This document shows, one piece after another, positions 1 to 12,179 of a stretch of 64,000 nucleotides of DNA. Each line of letters begins with the position of its first letter. Within the stretch, counting starts at the first letter, position 1. The DNA comes from Octopus vulgaris (Eukaryota), in NCBI GenBank assembly GCA_951406725.2, contig OX597834.1, forward strand, positions 22,878,001-22,942,000, in the 5' to 3' direction. The translations under genes were made by a program, and so were the position numbers. Under the pieces are notes generated by a model. It worked only from the letters and a program-made list of their open reading frames with translations, made no database searches and was not told the DNA's origin.

Positions 1-1953
1 GTCAGTTGCAACAGAAAAAGATTTACTGTCGTTATTACAGGAATATAGTTTTTCTCTTTTGTGAATGTGTTTGTGAGAAGTAAAGTTATCAGTTTGAGAG
101 AATGATTTATCATATACATTGCACTGATTTGTTGTCTCTCCTGCATGACTACACATGTGTATAGTTAAAGAATTTTTACAAGAGAAGGATTTACCACAGA
201 TATCACAGTCATATAGCCTCTCACTTCTATGCATATGTTTGTGTCCAGTTAAGGCGCATTTTTGAGAGAATGATTTATTACAGATGTCACAATAATATAG
301 TTTTTCTCTTCTATGAATCAGTTTGTGTTTAGAGAAGTCACCTGGGTCAGAAAATGACTTACTACATATCTCACAATATGGTTTCTTTCCAGTATGAATG
401 TGTTCGTGAGTAGCTAAGTTACCTGCCTGAGTGAATGATTTACCACAGATAATACATTGATATGGCTTCTCCCCTGTATGAATGCGTATGTGTATAATTA
501 AAGCAGTCCTTTGGTAAAATGACTTACCACAGACATTACAGCGATATGGTTTCTCTCCTGTATGAATGCGTTTGTGAGAAGTGAAGTGAGCTAGATGAGA
601 GAATGATTTACCACAGATATCACAGTGATATAGTTTCCTTTTCTTATGAATGAATTTGTGAGTTGTTAAGTTATTAATCTGAGAAAATGATTTACCACAG
701 GCATCACACTGATATGGCTTCCTTCCAGTATGAATGCGTTTGTGAGAAGTCAAGTTACCAGCTTGTGCAAATGATTTTCCACAGATGTCACAATGATGTG
801 GTTTCTCTCCAGTATGAATGCGTGTGTGTATAATTAAGGCTTTTCTACGAGGGAATGATTTACCACAAATGTTACAAGGATAGGGCTTTTCTTCTGTATG
901 AATGTGTCTGTGAGTCTCTCCTATATGAAATTGTTTGTGAATAGTTAAGTTACTGATTTGAGAGAATGATTTACCACATACATCACAATGATATGGCCTT
1001 TCCCCTGTATGAATACGTTTGTGTATAGTTAGGGCATTTTTATGAGAAAATGATTTACTACAGATATCACAGTGATGTTTGTGTATGGTTAAAAAAATTC
1101 TGTGAGGGGATGATTTACCACTGTATTCACAGGGATATAACTTGTCTTTATGTATATATTTATGCTTTGTAAACTGACCTGGGTCAGAGAATGATTTACC
1201 ACAGACATCACAGTGATATGGTTTCTCTCCAGTATGAACATATCTGTGAGTGGTCAAGTTACCAGCCTGAGAGAATGATTTACCACAGATATCACACTGA
1301 TATGGCTTCTCTCCTGTATGAACACGTTTGTGTATAGTTAAGAGATTTCTTTGTGAGAATGATTTACCACAGATATCACACTGATATATCTTTCCTTCTG
1401 TATGAATGATTTTGTGTTTTGCTAAGTAACTTGGTTCAGAGAATGATTTACTGCATATATCACAGTGATATAGTTTCCCTCCTGAATGAATACGTTTGTG
1501 AGTAGATAAGTTGCCAGCCTGAGAGAATGATTTGCCACAGATATCACAAGGATAAGGTTTCTCTCCAGTATGAGTGCGTTTGTGTATAGTTAGAGCATTA
1601 CTATGAGAAAAACATTTGCCACAGATATCACAGTGGTATGGCTTCTCTCCTTTATGAATATGTTTGTGTTTAGTTAACTCACAACTTTCAGAAAATGATT
1701 CACCACAAATATCACAGTGATATGGTCTCTCTCCTGTATGAATGTTGCATTGTTTATTTAAGATATTTTCCTGCAAGAATGATGTGTCACCAACATCGCA
1801 CTTATATGGCTTCTCTTGTTTATGAAAATACATGTGTTTAGTCAAATCTTTATTTCTAGTGAATGATTTCTTACAGATTTCACAAAGATATGGTCTTTCT
1901 TCTTTATGAACATATTTGTGACTTGCGAAGCTACTTTCTTGAGTGAATGACAT
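1..1953 (-). CDS. ZNF-A: C2H2 zinc-finger protein, about 23 fingers (some degenerate), runs off the left edge; ancestral start lost
   Basis: Manual translation is open from ATG 1953 (inside finger 1) to base 1, with CxxC...HxxxH repeats and TGEKPY linkers. The homologous start position reads AGG (2073-2071) and there is an in-frame TAA at 2052-2050. Absent from the ORF track because no stop lies in the window. Confidence 0.85.
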   Translation of the reverse strand, partial: MSFTQESSFASHKYVHKEERPYLCEICKKSFTRNKDLTKHMYFHKQEKPYKCDVGDTSFLQENILNKQCNIHTGERPYHCDICGESFSESCELTKHKHIHKGEKPYHCDICGKCFSHSNALTIHKRTHTGEKPYPCDICGKSFSQAGNLSTHKRIHSGGKLYHCDICSKSFSEPSYLAKHKIIHTEGKIYQCDICGKSFSQRNLLTIHKRVHTGEKPYQCDICGKSFSQAGNLTTHRYVHTGEKPYHCDVCGKSFSDPGQFTKHKYIHKDKLYPCEYSGKSSPHRIFLTIHKHHCDICSKSFSHKNALTIHKRIHTGERPYHCDVCGKSFSQISNLTIHKQFHIGETHRHIHTEEKPYPCNICGKSFPRRKALIIHTRIHTGEKPHHCDICGKSFAQAGNLTSHKRIHTGRKPYQCDACGKSFSQINNLTTHKFIHKKRKLYHCDICGKSFSHLAHFTSHKRIHTGEKPYRCNVCGKSFYQRTALIIHIRIHTGEKPYQCIICGKSFTQAGNLATHEHIHTGKKPYCEICSKSFSDPGDFSKHKLIHRREKLYYCDICNKSFSQKCALTGHKHMHRSERLYDCDICGKSFSCKNSLTIHMCSHAGETTNQCNVYDKSFSQTDNFTSHKHIHKREKLYSCNNDSKSFSVATD

Positions 1954-2754
1954 TTTACAGATATCACAGTGGTACAATATTTTTCTTGTATCTTTCAAAA
2001 TTTCATCAGGAAAAGTAATTCTTTCAGACTCTGTTAGGCATTGTTCCTTTTACTCACATAATTCATTTTCCCTAATTATTTTCCTTTGATCACTTTGGTT
2101 TTAGATATTATTCCAAACAGTTGTCTCTACTGCTATATTTGTGGACATCTGAAGACACTTTAAACTTCCTTGTAAATTTGTCTTGGTTTAATTAGAATGT
2201 AAAATCACTTTGAACACATTCTAGACTGCAAGACTGAGAACAGTTCACAAGACTTATTTTATAGCAATTCAACTGTAAACATCTATGAACAGAAATATAT
2301 CAATCCTATACAAAATCTTTCTTTAGTCTTCAAAAACTGAGAACAATTTAGGGATTTGAAGCAGAAAATTCTTTTGTGCTAGTGCTATCTGGTATTCTGA
2401 AATAAGAAAGAAACAATATAAGATATAAAAGATACTTAAAAGTGAATGATTTAACAGTGGAAATTTTACATGCCTACACTGACAAATTGTAAATAGCTTT
2501 TAGCTTAACAGTTGAAGCTTATCTTTTAAATTTGTTTTAATATTACATCATACATCTGTGAGCAAAGTTTATGTATTTACAGACTAAAGCTATTCTTTCA
2601 GTGTGGAGGAGACAGTGACAAGAGACAGAGGTCAGAAATATATAGGAGTGGATATAGTCAATTACAAAAGGGGGCATTGGTGGTAGAGATGGAAAAACTG
2701 CAGGCAGGCTTTTCAAATAAGGTGCAAATACTATTTTCTGCTAATTTTTTAGGT

Positions 2755-2982
2755 GTGGTCATGGTGGTGTGGTTAATAATTTTGCTTCACAACCATGTAG
2801 TTTGGGGGAAGCATCTTCTATGATAGCATCAGCTTCTTTCAGTTTCCATCTACAAAATCAGATCCCAAGGCTTTTAATGGTACAATGCTGTTGTGGAAAG
2901 TGCTTGCCCTAAGAACTACAGTGGGACTGAGCCCAAAGCTGTGTGATTAGGAAGCAAACTCACCCACATTGCCACACCTGCA
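2755..2982. mobile_element. Two degenerate tRNA-derived SINE heads in opposite orientation
   Basis: ggtgtggttaataattttgcttcacaaccatg on + followed by a reverse copy (cagtgggactgagccc...gccacacctgc); related copies at about 44005-44128 and 53690-53800. Confidence 0.5.
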
Positions 2983-3419
2983 CAATATCATATTTCTGTG
3001 GTTTTCTGACAGTAAATATGTTTTCGTGACACACACACAAATTGAAAGCTTTTATAATTAATGTACACATAAAGATGGTTTCATAATCAGCACCGTCTTA
3101 AGATATGAGCACAGTGGGCCATTTTTCACAGTCTCCATGAATCTTGGGGGCCAAATGCTAATCTATGTAGGCTGTAGTTGTATATGTAGGGGCCTCTGTA
3201 CATTGCTTCCCCTATGGACCTGTGATGTTGCTAAGATGATACCATTTATTATTTGTGTACACACACCCAAGCATTGTATCTCTGAACTTGTTGCTATGCT
3301 CATGAAACTGTCTGTGTCTGACACACATCTATCAAATCTTCCTGCCTACAAGCTTCACCCATCTCTCATTCAGTAATGCCTTGATTACACCCATGTGAAG
3401 GTGGAGCTTCTGCTCTATT

Positions 3420-4145
3420 TTCAATCAACTCTGGTATTTCTGAGTTTGGTTTTGTCCCCACTCCTTCTTTCTGTATAACAATAATCTACTTACAATGTTC
3501 AATCTTATGCAGATGACATAACATTTCATTCCTCTCAAACTTCCCCTAACAATACATCATTCACATACACCCTACACACCTTGCACTGATTTCATAAATT
3601 GAAACCTTGATAGCATATTTCAGTGGGGCCATACCAACCTTATTTCTTTTAACAGCAAAAAGATTGAAGTACCATTCATAGCAAAACACCACTGCACACA
3701 CTTGTATTCAACATGAATGGTACTCAACTAGAGCCCATACAGTTGCACCATTTGTTGGGCATCTCTGTCACTGAGGATCTCTCCTGGTGTAAATACATCC
3801 ATAGCAAAACTTGGATCAAACATTCCAAATACTGGCCCCTTCCCATAATGACCAGAAAAATAAGCACCCAACTACTGCTGACAATTTATAAAGCTTATGT
3901 GTGAGCCCTACAATGGAGTACTGCGCCCACATTTGAGCTGCTACTGCTACATAGACATCCTGGAATTCATCAAAATAAAAGCCACTTGACTAATATTGAT
4001 ATTCGAACACTAATAGACATACTGTCTTCTCTCTCTTTTCTATCGCTGCTATAATGATCTTTGTTCCTCGAATCAGTCTGTTCTTATACCTACACCACTC
4101 AGCCAACCCTGACCCACTCATCTTTCCACCTCACTTCACTGTTGG
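3420..4145 (+). mobile_element. Decayed CR1/L2-group LINE reverse-transcriptase fragment
   Basis: Broken frames give YADD (tatgcagatgac, about 3507), LLGISVTEDLSW and LLTIYKAYVxPTMEYCAHI motifs. Confidence 0.7.
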
Positions 4146-4358
4146 TGCTTGCTACCCGTCTGCCCCACCCTAAACATTATATCTAGTATTTTATACCCAG
4201 AAAGAATATCGGCCCTCTGGATTCTCCGTGTCATACGTATAGGTGTTGATCTGCAACCGTTTAAACGGAATATTAACATCAAATTCATTGGTTTCGGAGT
4301 GGAGGCTGCAATGATCAGGGACTCTTTCTTCCAATTCAGTGCATCCACAGAAAGAGTG

Positions 4359-4821
4359 TAATGCAGAATCGCACATCTCCGGGAAAATGCGTTAAAAAAA
4401 TTCGGATTCCCATGTTTTAGATGTTGGAGATAACGTATATGCAAAAAAGAAAAAAATTTATTTCACCCCGCTCTTTATTAAACATTGCTTCTCATAAAAT
4501 GGTGTATATTTAATTTACATTCAATTATTATTTACGATTATTTAAGACAAACACAAGCAAAATGCAAATTCTTTTCACTTTAATGTTTTTGTCTATATTT
4601 AATTTCGATTTGCACATGTTCGTCAATTCGCTACAATCTCTTTAAAGTAAACAAAATCAAAATTTTTAATTGGGGGGTGGGAGAGGGGGTAAAATTAAAA
4701 TTAATATTCATTTATTTATTTTTTCATATTCGTAATCTCGACATCTGAAACGTCAGAATCCGGAAGAAATATTTTTTTTTTTTAAAATTCATTTTTCAAG
4801 GAGAGATGCGATTCTGCATTA
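4359..4821. mobile_element. MITE with long imperfect terminal inverted repeats
   Basis: TAATGCAGAATCGCA...TGCGATTCTGCATTA, with inverted similarity extending more than 100 bp inward. Confidence 0.75.
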
Positions 4822-5376
4822 GTCCCAAAATGGTGTTGTCTCTCACCACACAAAATTGTAACTTTTTGATTTTCGATTTTGAAAATTATTTTAAAATTCT
4901 GTGAGAAAAAAAATTGGTTTTGCTAACTACTATTGTCTGCTACTTCAAAAATATAAATAAAATAAAAAATCTCAAGATATGAAAAAAAAAAAAAAAGGTG
5001 GGGTTGGACAAAAGTTTCGGTAAGTTTCTTTAAGAAATGTAATTTTAAAATTTCTTTACTACCACAAAATCATAATCTTACATACTGCAAAAATATAAAT
5101 CTGAAGAAATTGTCGAAATAATATAAAATCGTTTACACGGTTCTTCGACAAAAACTCTGTTATATATATATATATATGCATGAAAGCAGAAAAAGGTGCT
5201 TGAAATAAATAAAATACCTCGTATAATGTGGTTGTGTGTGTTGATGAATAGAAGGTGACTAACAGAAATATATACGTGTGTATATGATGATATGGAAGAT
5301 AGGTTTAATGTTGCGTGCAAAATTAACTCCAAAACAGACGGAAAAGATTATTCTAAGGTGGCAATCTGATATCAAT

Positions 5377-5399
5377 ATCCGGTTGAACATGCGCTTTGG
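5377..5399 (-). promoter_or_regulatory. ZNF-A promoter module (variant NRF1+ETS composite)
   Basis: + strand ATCCGGTTGAACATGCGCTTTGG, about 170 bp upstream of the exon-1 donor; matches the cluster consensus. Confidence 0.6.
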
Positions 5400-5676
5400 C
5401 GATTTGCCAGCAGAAGCATGTCTCTCCTACCTACATACATACTCATATGCACACACATACGTACACCTAGCTAATATAGCTATTTATCTATCTATCTATT
5501 TATGATACAGTGGAAGCCGTTTACTGTAATCGTAGACATTATTATCAGTCGGTTATTGATATCCAAAAATATTCATCCCAAAGTAATCACAAGCAGTTTT
5601 TATATACTTTCGGATAAAGTACAGGGAAGACAGTCAGCCGTCACTCACGATCGACTACAGCTTGATAACATGTACC

Positions 5677-5901
5677 TATTTCTTTATTACCCACAAGGGG
5701 CTAAACACAGAGGGGACAAACAAGGACAGACATAGGTATTAAGTCGATTACATCGACCCCAGTGCGTAACTGGTACTTAATTTATCGACCCCGAAAGGAT
5801 GAAAGGCAAAGTTCACCTCGGCGGAATTTGAACTCACAACGTAACAACAGACGAAATACGGCTACGCATTTCGCCCGGCGTGCTAACGATTCTGCCAGCT
5901 C
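5677..5901 (-). mobile_element. Near full-length tRNA-derived SINE with Nin/Deu-type central domain and 13-bp TSD
   Basis: A box TGGCAGAATCG, B box GAGTTCAAATTCC, GCCTTTCATCCTTTCGGGGTCGATAAATTAAGTACCAG core; TSD GATAACATGTACC at 5664-5676 and 5902-5914. Confidence 0.85.
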
Positions 5902-6100
5902 GATAACATGTACCGTGCTTTCACTAATTGTTTTAGGTACTTATGAAGTAACGAGCATTGACACCCCGTCGGCTCTTCATCCTCGACCCAGCGACACGTC
6001 TACGATGTGAAAGTTGGAGGGTGAGTGAGAGGTGCATGATAATTTGACTGGCTCTCTTTGAAGTCGAATAGAATGTTACAACGTGAAAAAAAAAAAAAAA

Positions 6101-6160
6101 GTAATCGAACACCCGACCTTAGACTCATGAGCTAAATACTCTAACCGATAGGCCAAATGT
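6101..6160 (-). pseudogene. tRNA-like remnant followed by an oligo-T run
   Basis: Minus strand TGGCCTATCGGTTAGAG...CTCATGA...AGGTCGGGTGTTCGATTAC then a long T run; A and B boxes present, acceptor stem incomplete. Confidence 0.45.
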
Positions 6161-6920
6161 TTCAGTAAGACCCTTCTACCTCCCATTTTCGTTACCTTAT
6201 GCATTATCAATCAGCGGACATCCCATAATTCAACTTCCGTTGTGTCAGTATACAAAGATTCTAAATCATTTTCAAACTGTGAATGACTTTCAGTACAGAC
6301 TGTCATTTATTCTGTGATAGCGTTCTGTGAACTCAATTCCATTGAAAAGGTATATTTATCTTTAACCGTTTATCTTAACTCATAACGTCTGCCTACAGTT
6401 CTTAGGCACAAACATTATTAGCTTCCAATGGTTGGTGAAAACCAACCACTGGAAGCTAATAACGTATAACGGCCAAGCTACTTTCCTCCAGTTCAAACGT
6501 CTTTACTCAACTATTTTAGATTTGTGTTAATTTATTTTCATTCAACTGTCTTCGTTCATTTATTTTGTTTGTTTTTACTGAATAACACAGTGTAACTAAA
6601 GTTAATGGTCGAATGGAGAGTCGCTTCAGGTCCCTCACTGCCATTAAATAAAGTTGAGGACGTAGGCCTTATTCGCTGCCTTCTTGGTGAGAATTTTATG
6701 TGTGTACATTTCTCAAACCCTTTCTTTTAAACTGGTAAGTGTTGCTGTTGTCTGATCAGTCCGTCTTATTATCTCCACCCCCCAGAGAGTGCTATCTGTG
6801 AAACCAAGTTAAGTAAAACTCCTGCAACACTCTCAGCTTGTTGAGAGTGATGGAAAGAGAAAATCTCGCACCCTAACTGATAATGTTTCCTTCAAACTTT
6901 ATCGCCAAGATCAGTTCACC

Positions 6921-7395
6921 TTGAGGATGTACTCAATAGAAAGAAGATTTGAGCGATACCGAATTATATACATTTGGAAAATGATAGAGCAAAAGGTGCC
7001 AAACTTTGGTATCAAAACCTACCACTCACTGCGCCTCGGAAGACGCTGCCAGCTACCACCAATCAACAAAAAAGCTGGCCAGGCAGCAAAAACCCTGCGA
7101 GAATTAAGTCTGTTGGTTCGAGGAGCACAACTATTCAACTCCATTCCGGTACATGTCAGAAATCTATCAGGACGCAGTGTGGAATCATTCAAATTGCAGC
7201 TGGATAGATACTTAAGCACCATTAGAGATGAACCCCATCTCCCAGGATATACACAACGAGCACAAACTGACTCAAACTCGCTCCTACACATGTCAAAATT
7301 AAACAGAGAATACAACCTGGCAACCACACCAGACTCTGAGGGTGGAGTCTTCGACTTGGCCTGAGCATGGACTCAAACTCAAATGAAATGAATAC
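6921..7395 (+). mobile_element. 3' end of a non-LTR retrotransposon ORF2 (CR1/Jockey group)
   Basis: MYSIERRFERYRIIYIWKM...GAQLFNSIP...FKLQLDRYL is typical of LINE ORF2 C-termini; short repeat tail after the stop. Confidence 0.75.
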
Positions 7396-7914
7396 ATGCA
7401 AAGTTGTTCTGTAGGGCTAACTACTGTTACATTGCACTCAAATAGTAAATATAAGTGTTTTGAGTAATTCGGTGTATCTTCTAACTTGCCTCCCATCAAG
7501 AGCAACAAGGTAGGGACATTAGAACCGTTTGACTCTGACGTAAATATCGAAAAGCTTTGAAGATGATCCAGAGAACCGGATTAGTCCCCTCCGTGACTGT
7601 GTGAAACGACTGAATCCAGCTCAGGATCCTGACCTCACAATTGAATTTTTGGCTGTCTTGGCTCATGAGCTAGAATGCTTTTGCGAGGTTGGCGACTGCG
7701 ATGTACAGTGATTTTCTCTGCTTTCTACATGTTTTATTTTCTCCTGCAACAGGTAACAGAATAAACATCATATCAATAAATGAAAATTGTAATCTAAAAC
7801 CTTCCTAGGATTCAAGGTAGCGGAATTCTGGTTTAAGCACCCAATATAAATTTTTGTTCTGTACACAGGAATCCATACGATTATGCATTTTAAACCCCCC
7901 ACCCCACCCCCGTA

Positions 7915-8735
7915 AATCCCATCGTAACTGTTGAGGAACTAGCAGAGAAGCTTGGATTTGGTCATTCAACCATTCATTGACACATACATACCATTGGAAT
8001 AGTCAGCAAATTGGGTCAATAGGTTCCTCACAAACTCTTCTTTGCTGTCATGTCTCATGAATGAACCTTTTTCAGAATGAATCGTGACTGGTGACGGGAA
8101 ATGGGTCCTCTATAAAAATGTCAAGCGCTGAAGACTGGTTAGGGAAAGGAGAAACGCCAGCACCCCAGGGTTAAGAAGGCCTTCACCCACATAAGGTGTT
8201 ATCTGTTTGGTAGAAAATGATTAGGTTTAGTCCATTTTGAACTTTTAAACCCAAACGAAACAGTAACAAAGATTTACTGCAAGCAACTTGAGCAACTTAA
8301 GTCAGCACTAGAAGGAAAACAACTGTTTTTGGTTTCAAGACGAAAGGTGTTCTTCCATCAGGATAATTCTTGGCCACATATAGTGAGAATGATATTCCAT
8401 AGGCTGGAGCAGTTTCAATGGAAAACTATGTCCCATCCACCATATTCGCTGGACATTGCCCCATCTAATTATCATTTATTCCGCAGTCTTCAAAATCATT
8501 TGGATGGGGAAAATATGAACTCTGTAGACAAGGTGAGAACAGTATTGGAGGAATATTTTTCGTCATGGACATGTGAATTTTAGAAGAGGGGTCATGCAAG
8601 TCTACCAGAAAGATGGAAGAGTATTGTAGAAAAATGAAGGAGAGTATATTTTAGATAAAAAACAGAACTTCATTTTAATTTGAAAAAAAAAAAAAGTATA
8701 AAAGAACTGCATTATTTTGGGGATGATCCAATATA
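7915..8735 (+). mobile_element. Mariner (Tc1/mariner) transposase remnant with right TIR
   Basis: IVTGDGKWVLY, FHQDNSWPH and HPPYSLDIAPSNYHLFRSLQNHL motifs with stops and frameshifts; ends ...gatgatccaata|ta. Confidence 0.9.
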
Positions 8736-9217
8736 TGCAATGTTGCACAAGATCTGAAGGTGTAGCAGTAGTCTGTAAATTTGTAGATGCCATACAAAGT
8801 TGTATGATGTAATTTTAATAGCAAATTAAAATGTAAACCCTAATTGTTCAGCTGAATATTTATATCTACAGTTTACCAGTGTATAAAAAGAAAATTTCCA
8901 CTTGAATCTATACTTTTAAATATCCCCTATAACTTAGTGTTTTTATATTATTTCAGAATACCAGATGCCACTGGCATGGAAGGATTCTTTACTTCAGATG
9001 TATCATTTATATTTGTCATCTTTTAAAGTGTAAATGATGTTGTACAGAACAGACATAAGCCTTTTTATATGAATCTAGAGGTGGAGTTTCTGTGAACTGA
9101 GACTAAGATCACGACATATTGAGAAATAAGTTTGCAGCATTTTCAGATATTAAAAGGAAAAAAAAATTAATGGAAATATAGCAGAAATATTTGTTAGGTA
9201 AAGATGTATAAAAGCAT

Positions 9218-10627
9218 ATGAGAAGAAAAATATCTGTATACTGTTGTGAAAGAAAATATATTATGGAAAATGAATTATGTGAGAATGAGAGTAAATATAA
9301 AACAGAGTCTAAAGGAAATGATTTTCCTGTTAGAAGACTAAAAGAGAAAGGAAAAACACACGAATGTGATATCTGTAAAAAGTCATTCTCCCATAAATGT
9401 AACCTAACTACTCACAGACGCATTCATACAGGAGAGAAACCATATATATGTAATATTTGTGGTAAATCATTCTATGGAAGTAGTGACTTAACTAGACACA
9501 AACGTATTCATACAGGAGAGAAGCCATATCACTGCGATATTTGTGGCAAATCATTCTCTCAGAAGGATCAGTTAACTATACACAAACGTGTTCATACAGG
9601 AGAAAAACCATATTGTTGTGATGTCTGTGGTAAATCATTCTCTCAAAAGAGTCCTTTAACTACTCACAAACGTATTCACACAGGAGAAACACCATATCAT
9701 TGTGATATATGTGGTAAATCATTCTCTGTAACAGGACATTTAACTACTCATCAACATATTCACACAGGAGGGAAGCCATATCACTGTGATATCTGTGGTA
9801 AATTATTCTCTAGAAGTAGTCACTTAACTACTCACAAGCGTATACATACAGGTGAGAAGCCATATTGCTGTGATGTTTGTGGTAAATCATTCTCCAAAAG
9901 TGGTGATTTAATGCCTCATAAACGTATTCATACAGGGGAAAAACCATACCACTGTGATATTTGTGGTGAATCATTTTCTCGGAAAGGTGTCTTAAGTACA
10001 CACAAACGCATTCATACAGGAGAGAAACCACATCGCTGTGACACTTGTGGCAAATCATTCTCTCGAAGTAGTCACTTAGCTACTCATAAATATATCCATA
10101 CAGGAGAGAGGCCATATCACTGCGATATCTGTGGTAAATCATTCTCTGAAAGTAGTACCTTGACTAAACACAAACGCATTCATACAGGGGAGAGGCCATA
10201 TCACTGTAATATTTGTGGCGAATCTTTCTCTCGAAAAGGTATCTTAACAGCACACAAACGCATTCATACAGGAGAAAAACCATATCACTGTGATATCTGT
10301 GCTAAATCATTCTCTAGACGTAGTCAGTTACTTACTCACCAAAATTTGCATTCTGGTGAGAAACCATATCCCTGTGATATTTGTAGTAAATCCTTCTCTG
10401 AAAGTAGTACTTTAACTAAACACAAGCGCATTCATACAGGAGAGAAGCCATATCACTGTAGTATATGTGGCAAATCGTTCTCTCGTAGTGGTGACTTAAC
10501 TACTCACATACGCATTCACACAGGAGAGAAACCATATCACTGTGATATCTGTGGTGAATCGTTCTCACAGACTGGAAACTTAACTCGACACAAGTATATT
10601 CATACAGGAGGAAAACTAGATAGCTGA
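9218..10627 (+). CDS. ZNF-B: C2H2 zinc-finger protein, 15 fingers
   Basis: 469-aa ORF; the family-conserved start is MENELCE at 9263; splice acceptor ATTTCAG|AATACCAGATG at 8956. Confidence 0.95.
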   Translation: MRRKISVYCCERKYIMENELCENESKYKTESKGNDFPVRRLKEKGKTHECDICKKSFSHKCNLTTHRRIHTGEKPYICNICGKSFYGSSDLTRHKRIHTGEKPYHCDICGKSFSQKDQLTIHKRVHTGEKPYCCDVCGKSFSQKSPLTTHKRIHTGETPYHCDICGKSFSVTGHLTTHQHIHTGGKPYHCDICGKLFSRSSHLTTHKRIHTGEKPYCCDVCGKSFSKSGDLMPHKRIHTGEKPYHCDICGESFSRKGVLSTHKRIHTGEKPHRCDTCGKSFSRSSHLATHKYIHTGERPYHCDICGKSFSESSTLTKHKRIHTGERPYHCNICGESFSRKGILTAHKRIHTGEKPYHCDICAKSFSRRSQLLTHQNLHSGEKPYPCDICSKSFSESSTLTKHKRIHTGEKPYHCSICGKSFSRSGDLTTHIRIHTGEKPYHCDICGESFSQTGNLTRHKYIHTGGKLDS

Positions 10628-11627
10628 TATCTGTACTAGATCCTACTCTAAAACATTCACTTGGCTGCACATCTATTCATACAGATGAATATTGATGTCA
10701 AAATTTATTCAATGGAAAGAAAAAAAACCCAACAAACTATATAATCATAATCGTATTGATAGAGTGAAGATATAAGTGTGACAACAACCTCCTGAGATTA
10801 TAGTGTATACAACAAATACATCTATGTTGGTGAAATATTAATAAAAGTATTTTTCATGAGAACATAGATTCCAGCTAACTTATTTTCAAAGAAGAGAAAA
10901 GATAAATTTGATTTGTCATTGTTGGTAAATAACTGCAAAATGTATTGTCTTTAATCAAGTGCAACATCACTATACAGTTTATGGCACAAATAAAATACAT
11001 AAGCCATAGAAGAGAATATTTTTCTCATAACATAATGAGATGCATATATAAATAAATGTGATATAGACATTAATTTGTGTATCTTTAATCTTTTACTTGT
11101 TTCACTCATTGGATTGTGGCCATGCTGGGGAACCTCCTTCCAAGGTTTAGTTGAACAAACTGCCGCAGTAATTTAATTTTAAGCTTGGTATTTGTTATTG
11201 TTCTCTTTTGCTGAACTGCTAAGAAGAGCCAATCCCTAATTGTGGAAGGGGTAGACCCAGGAAGACATGGGAGGAAGTGATAAGAAAGGATTTTCAGACT
11301 GGGGCCTCACAGAGATGACAAGGAACTGAGACTTCTGGTGCCTTGCTGTGCTAAGTAAAATCGTGATTGGACTTGCAAACTGGTATGTCCTCTACATCCC
11401 TATCTCAATCAAGGGAGTTTAGTCTTGTGAGCTCAGGTGTGCTGGTGCCATATGAAAACACCACTCCTTATTCCCAACAACTCTGTGAAATCATTGGGAT
11501 TAAGAAGGGCATCCATGCCAAATAGACAAATTGAACCCAGGCAGCTGACCAGCTTCCATCAAACTGTCCATCCGAAGCCAGGATGGACAACAGATTTTTA
11601 AAAATTGATGACAGTGATGTATGTGTG

Positions 11628-11660
<33 letters not shown>

Positions 11661-11754
11661 GTGAGTTAATTTAGAGGTTATAACAACTGTCAAAGGGATA
11701 CTTGTATCCAATGAATCCACTGGTGTATTACCTATATTTAATCATGAGTATTTG

Positions 11755-12175
11755 TATTAATGCTCATAATATGGCAGACACCCATAAAATTATCAACCAT
11801 CGTACAAACAATAACTCTGAGCACCTTTTCAAACTCCACCCATCTAACACCCGTGGACATATTTACCAAGTCAGAAAACAGCACAGCTCCCATGACTTCA
11901 GGAAACATTTTTTTCACGCTGAGAGTTGCTGAAGCATGGAACAAACTGCCAGCATCAGTTGTTAGTTGTAGGAGCACTGCATCCTTCAAAACTTCCATGC
12001 TTTCTGAGATTTGCCAACACTACACCTGATTTTCTCCCCTCCATACACACGCAAGCATGTATCTGACTCGTACACTATTCGCTTTCCAGACATTTGTACA
12101 TTACTGCATATACTCTGACAAGTTGTGGTGCACCTGAGCACTGTATACAATAATTTCATTATTATTATTATTATA
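11755..12175 (+). mobile_element. CR1-type LINE 3' end with (ATT)n tail
   Basis: NTRGHIYQVRK...FFTLRVAEAWNKLP, then tail GTTGTGGTGCACCTGAGCACTGTATACAATAATTTC(ATT)n; shorter copies at about 43705-43990, 44651-44705 and 55032-55075. Confidence 0.85.
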
Positions 12176-12179
12176 AATG

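Larger units (their letters stand above)
2397..5217 (-). other. 5'-UTR intron of ZNF-A
   Basis: Donor ACGAG|GTATTTT at 5217 and acceptor TTATTTCAG|AATACCAGAT at 2397, both homologous to those of the other cluster genes. Confidence 0.65.

Noticed and set aside
2050-2052. Rescue of the ZNF-A stop by A-to-I editing (UAA to UGG)
   Set aside because: Editing cannot restore AUG from AGG, and no duplex is evident at the site.
4136-4444. Overlapping short ORFs next to the MITE
   Set aside because: No recognisable motif; the longest runs into the MITE TIR.
6101-6160. Functional tRNA-Met gene
   Set aside because: The anticodon stem is mis-registered and the 3' acceptor strand is missing; kept only as a remnant.
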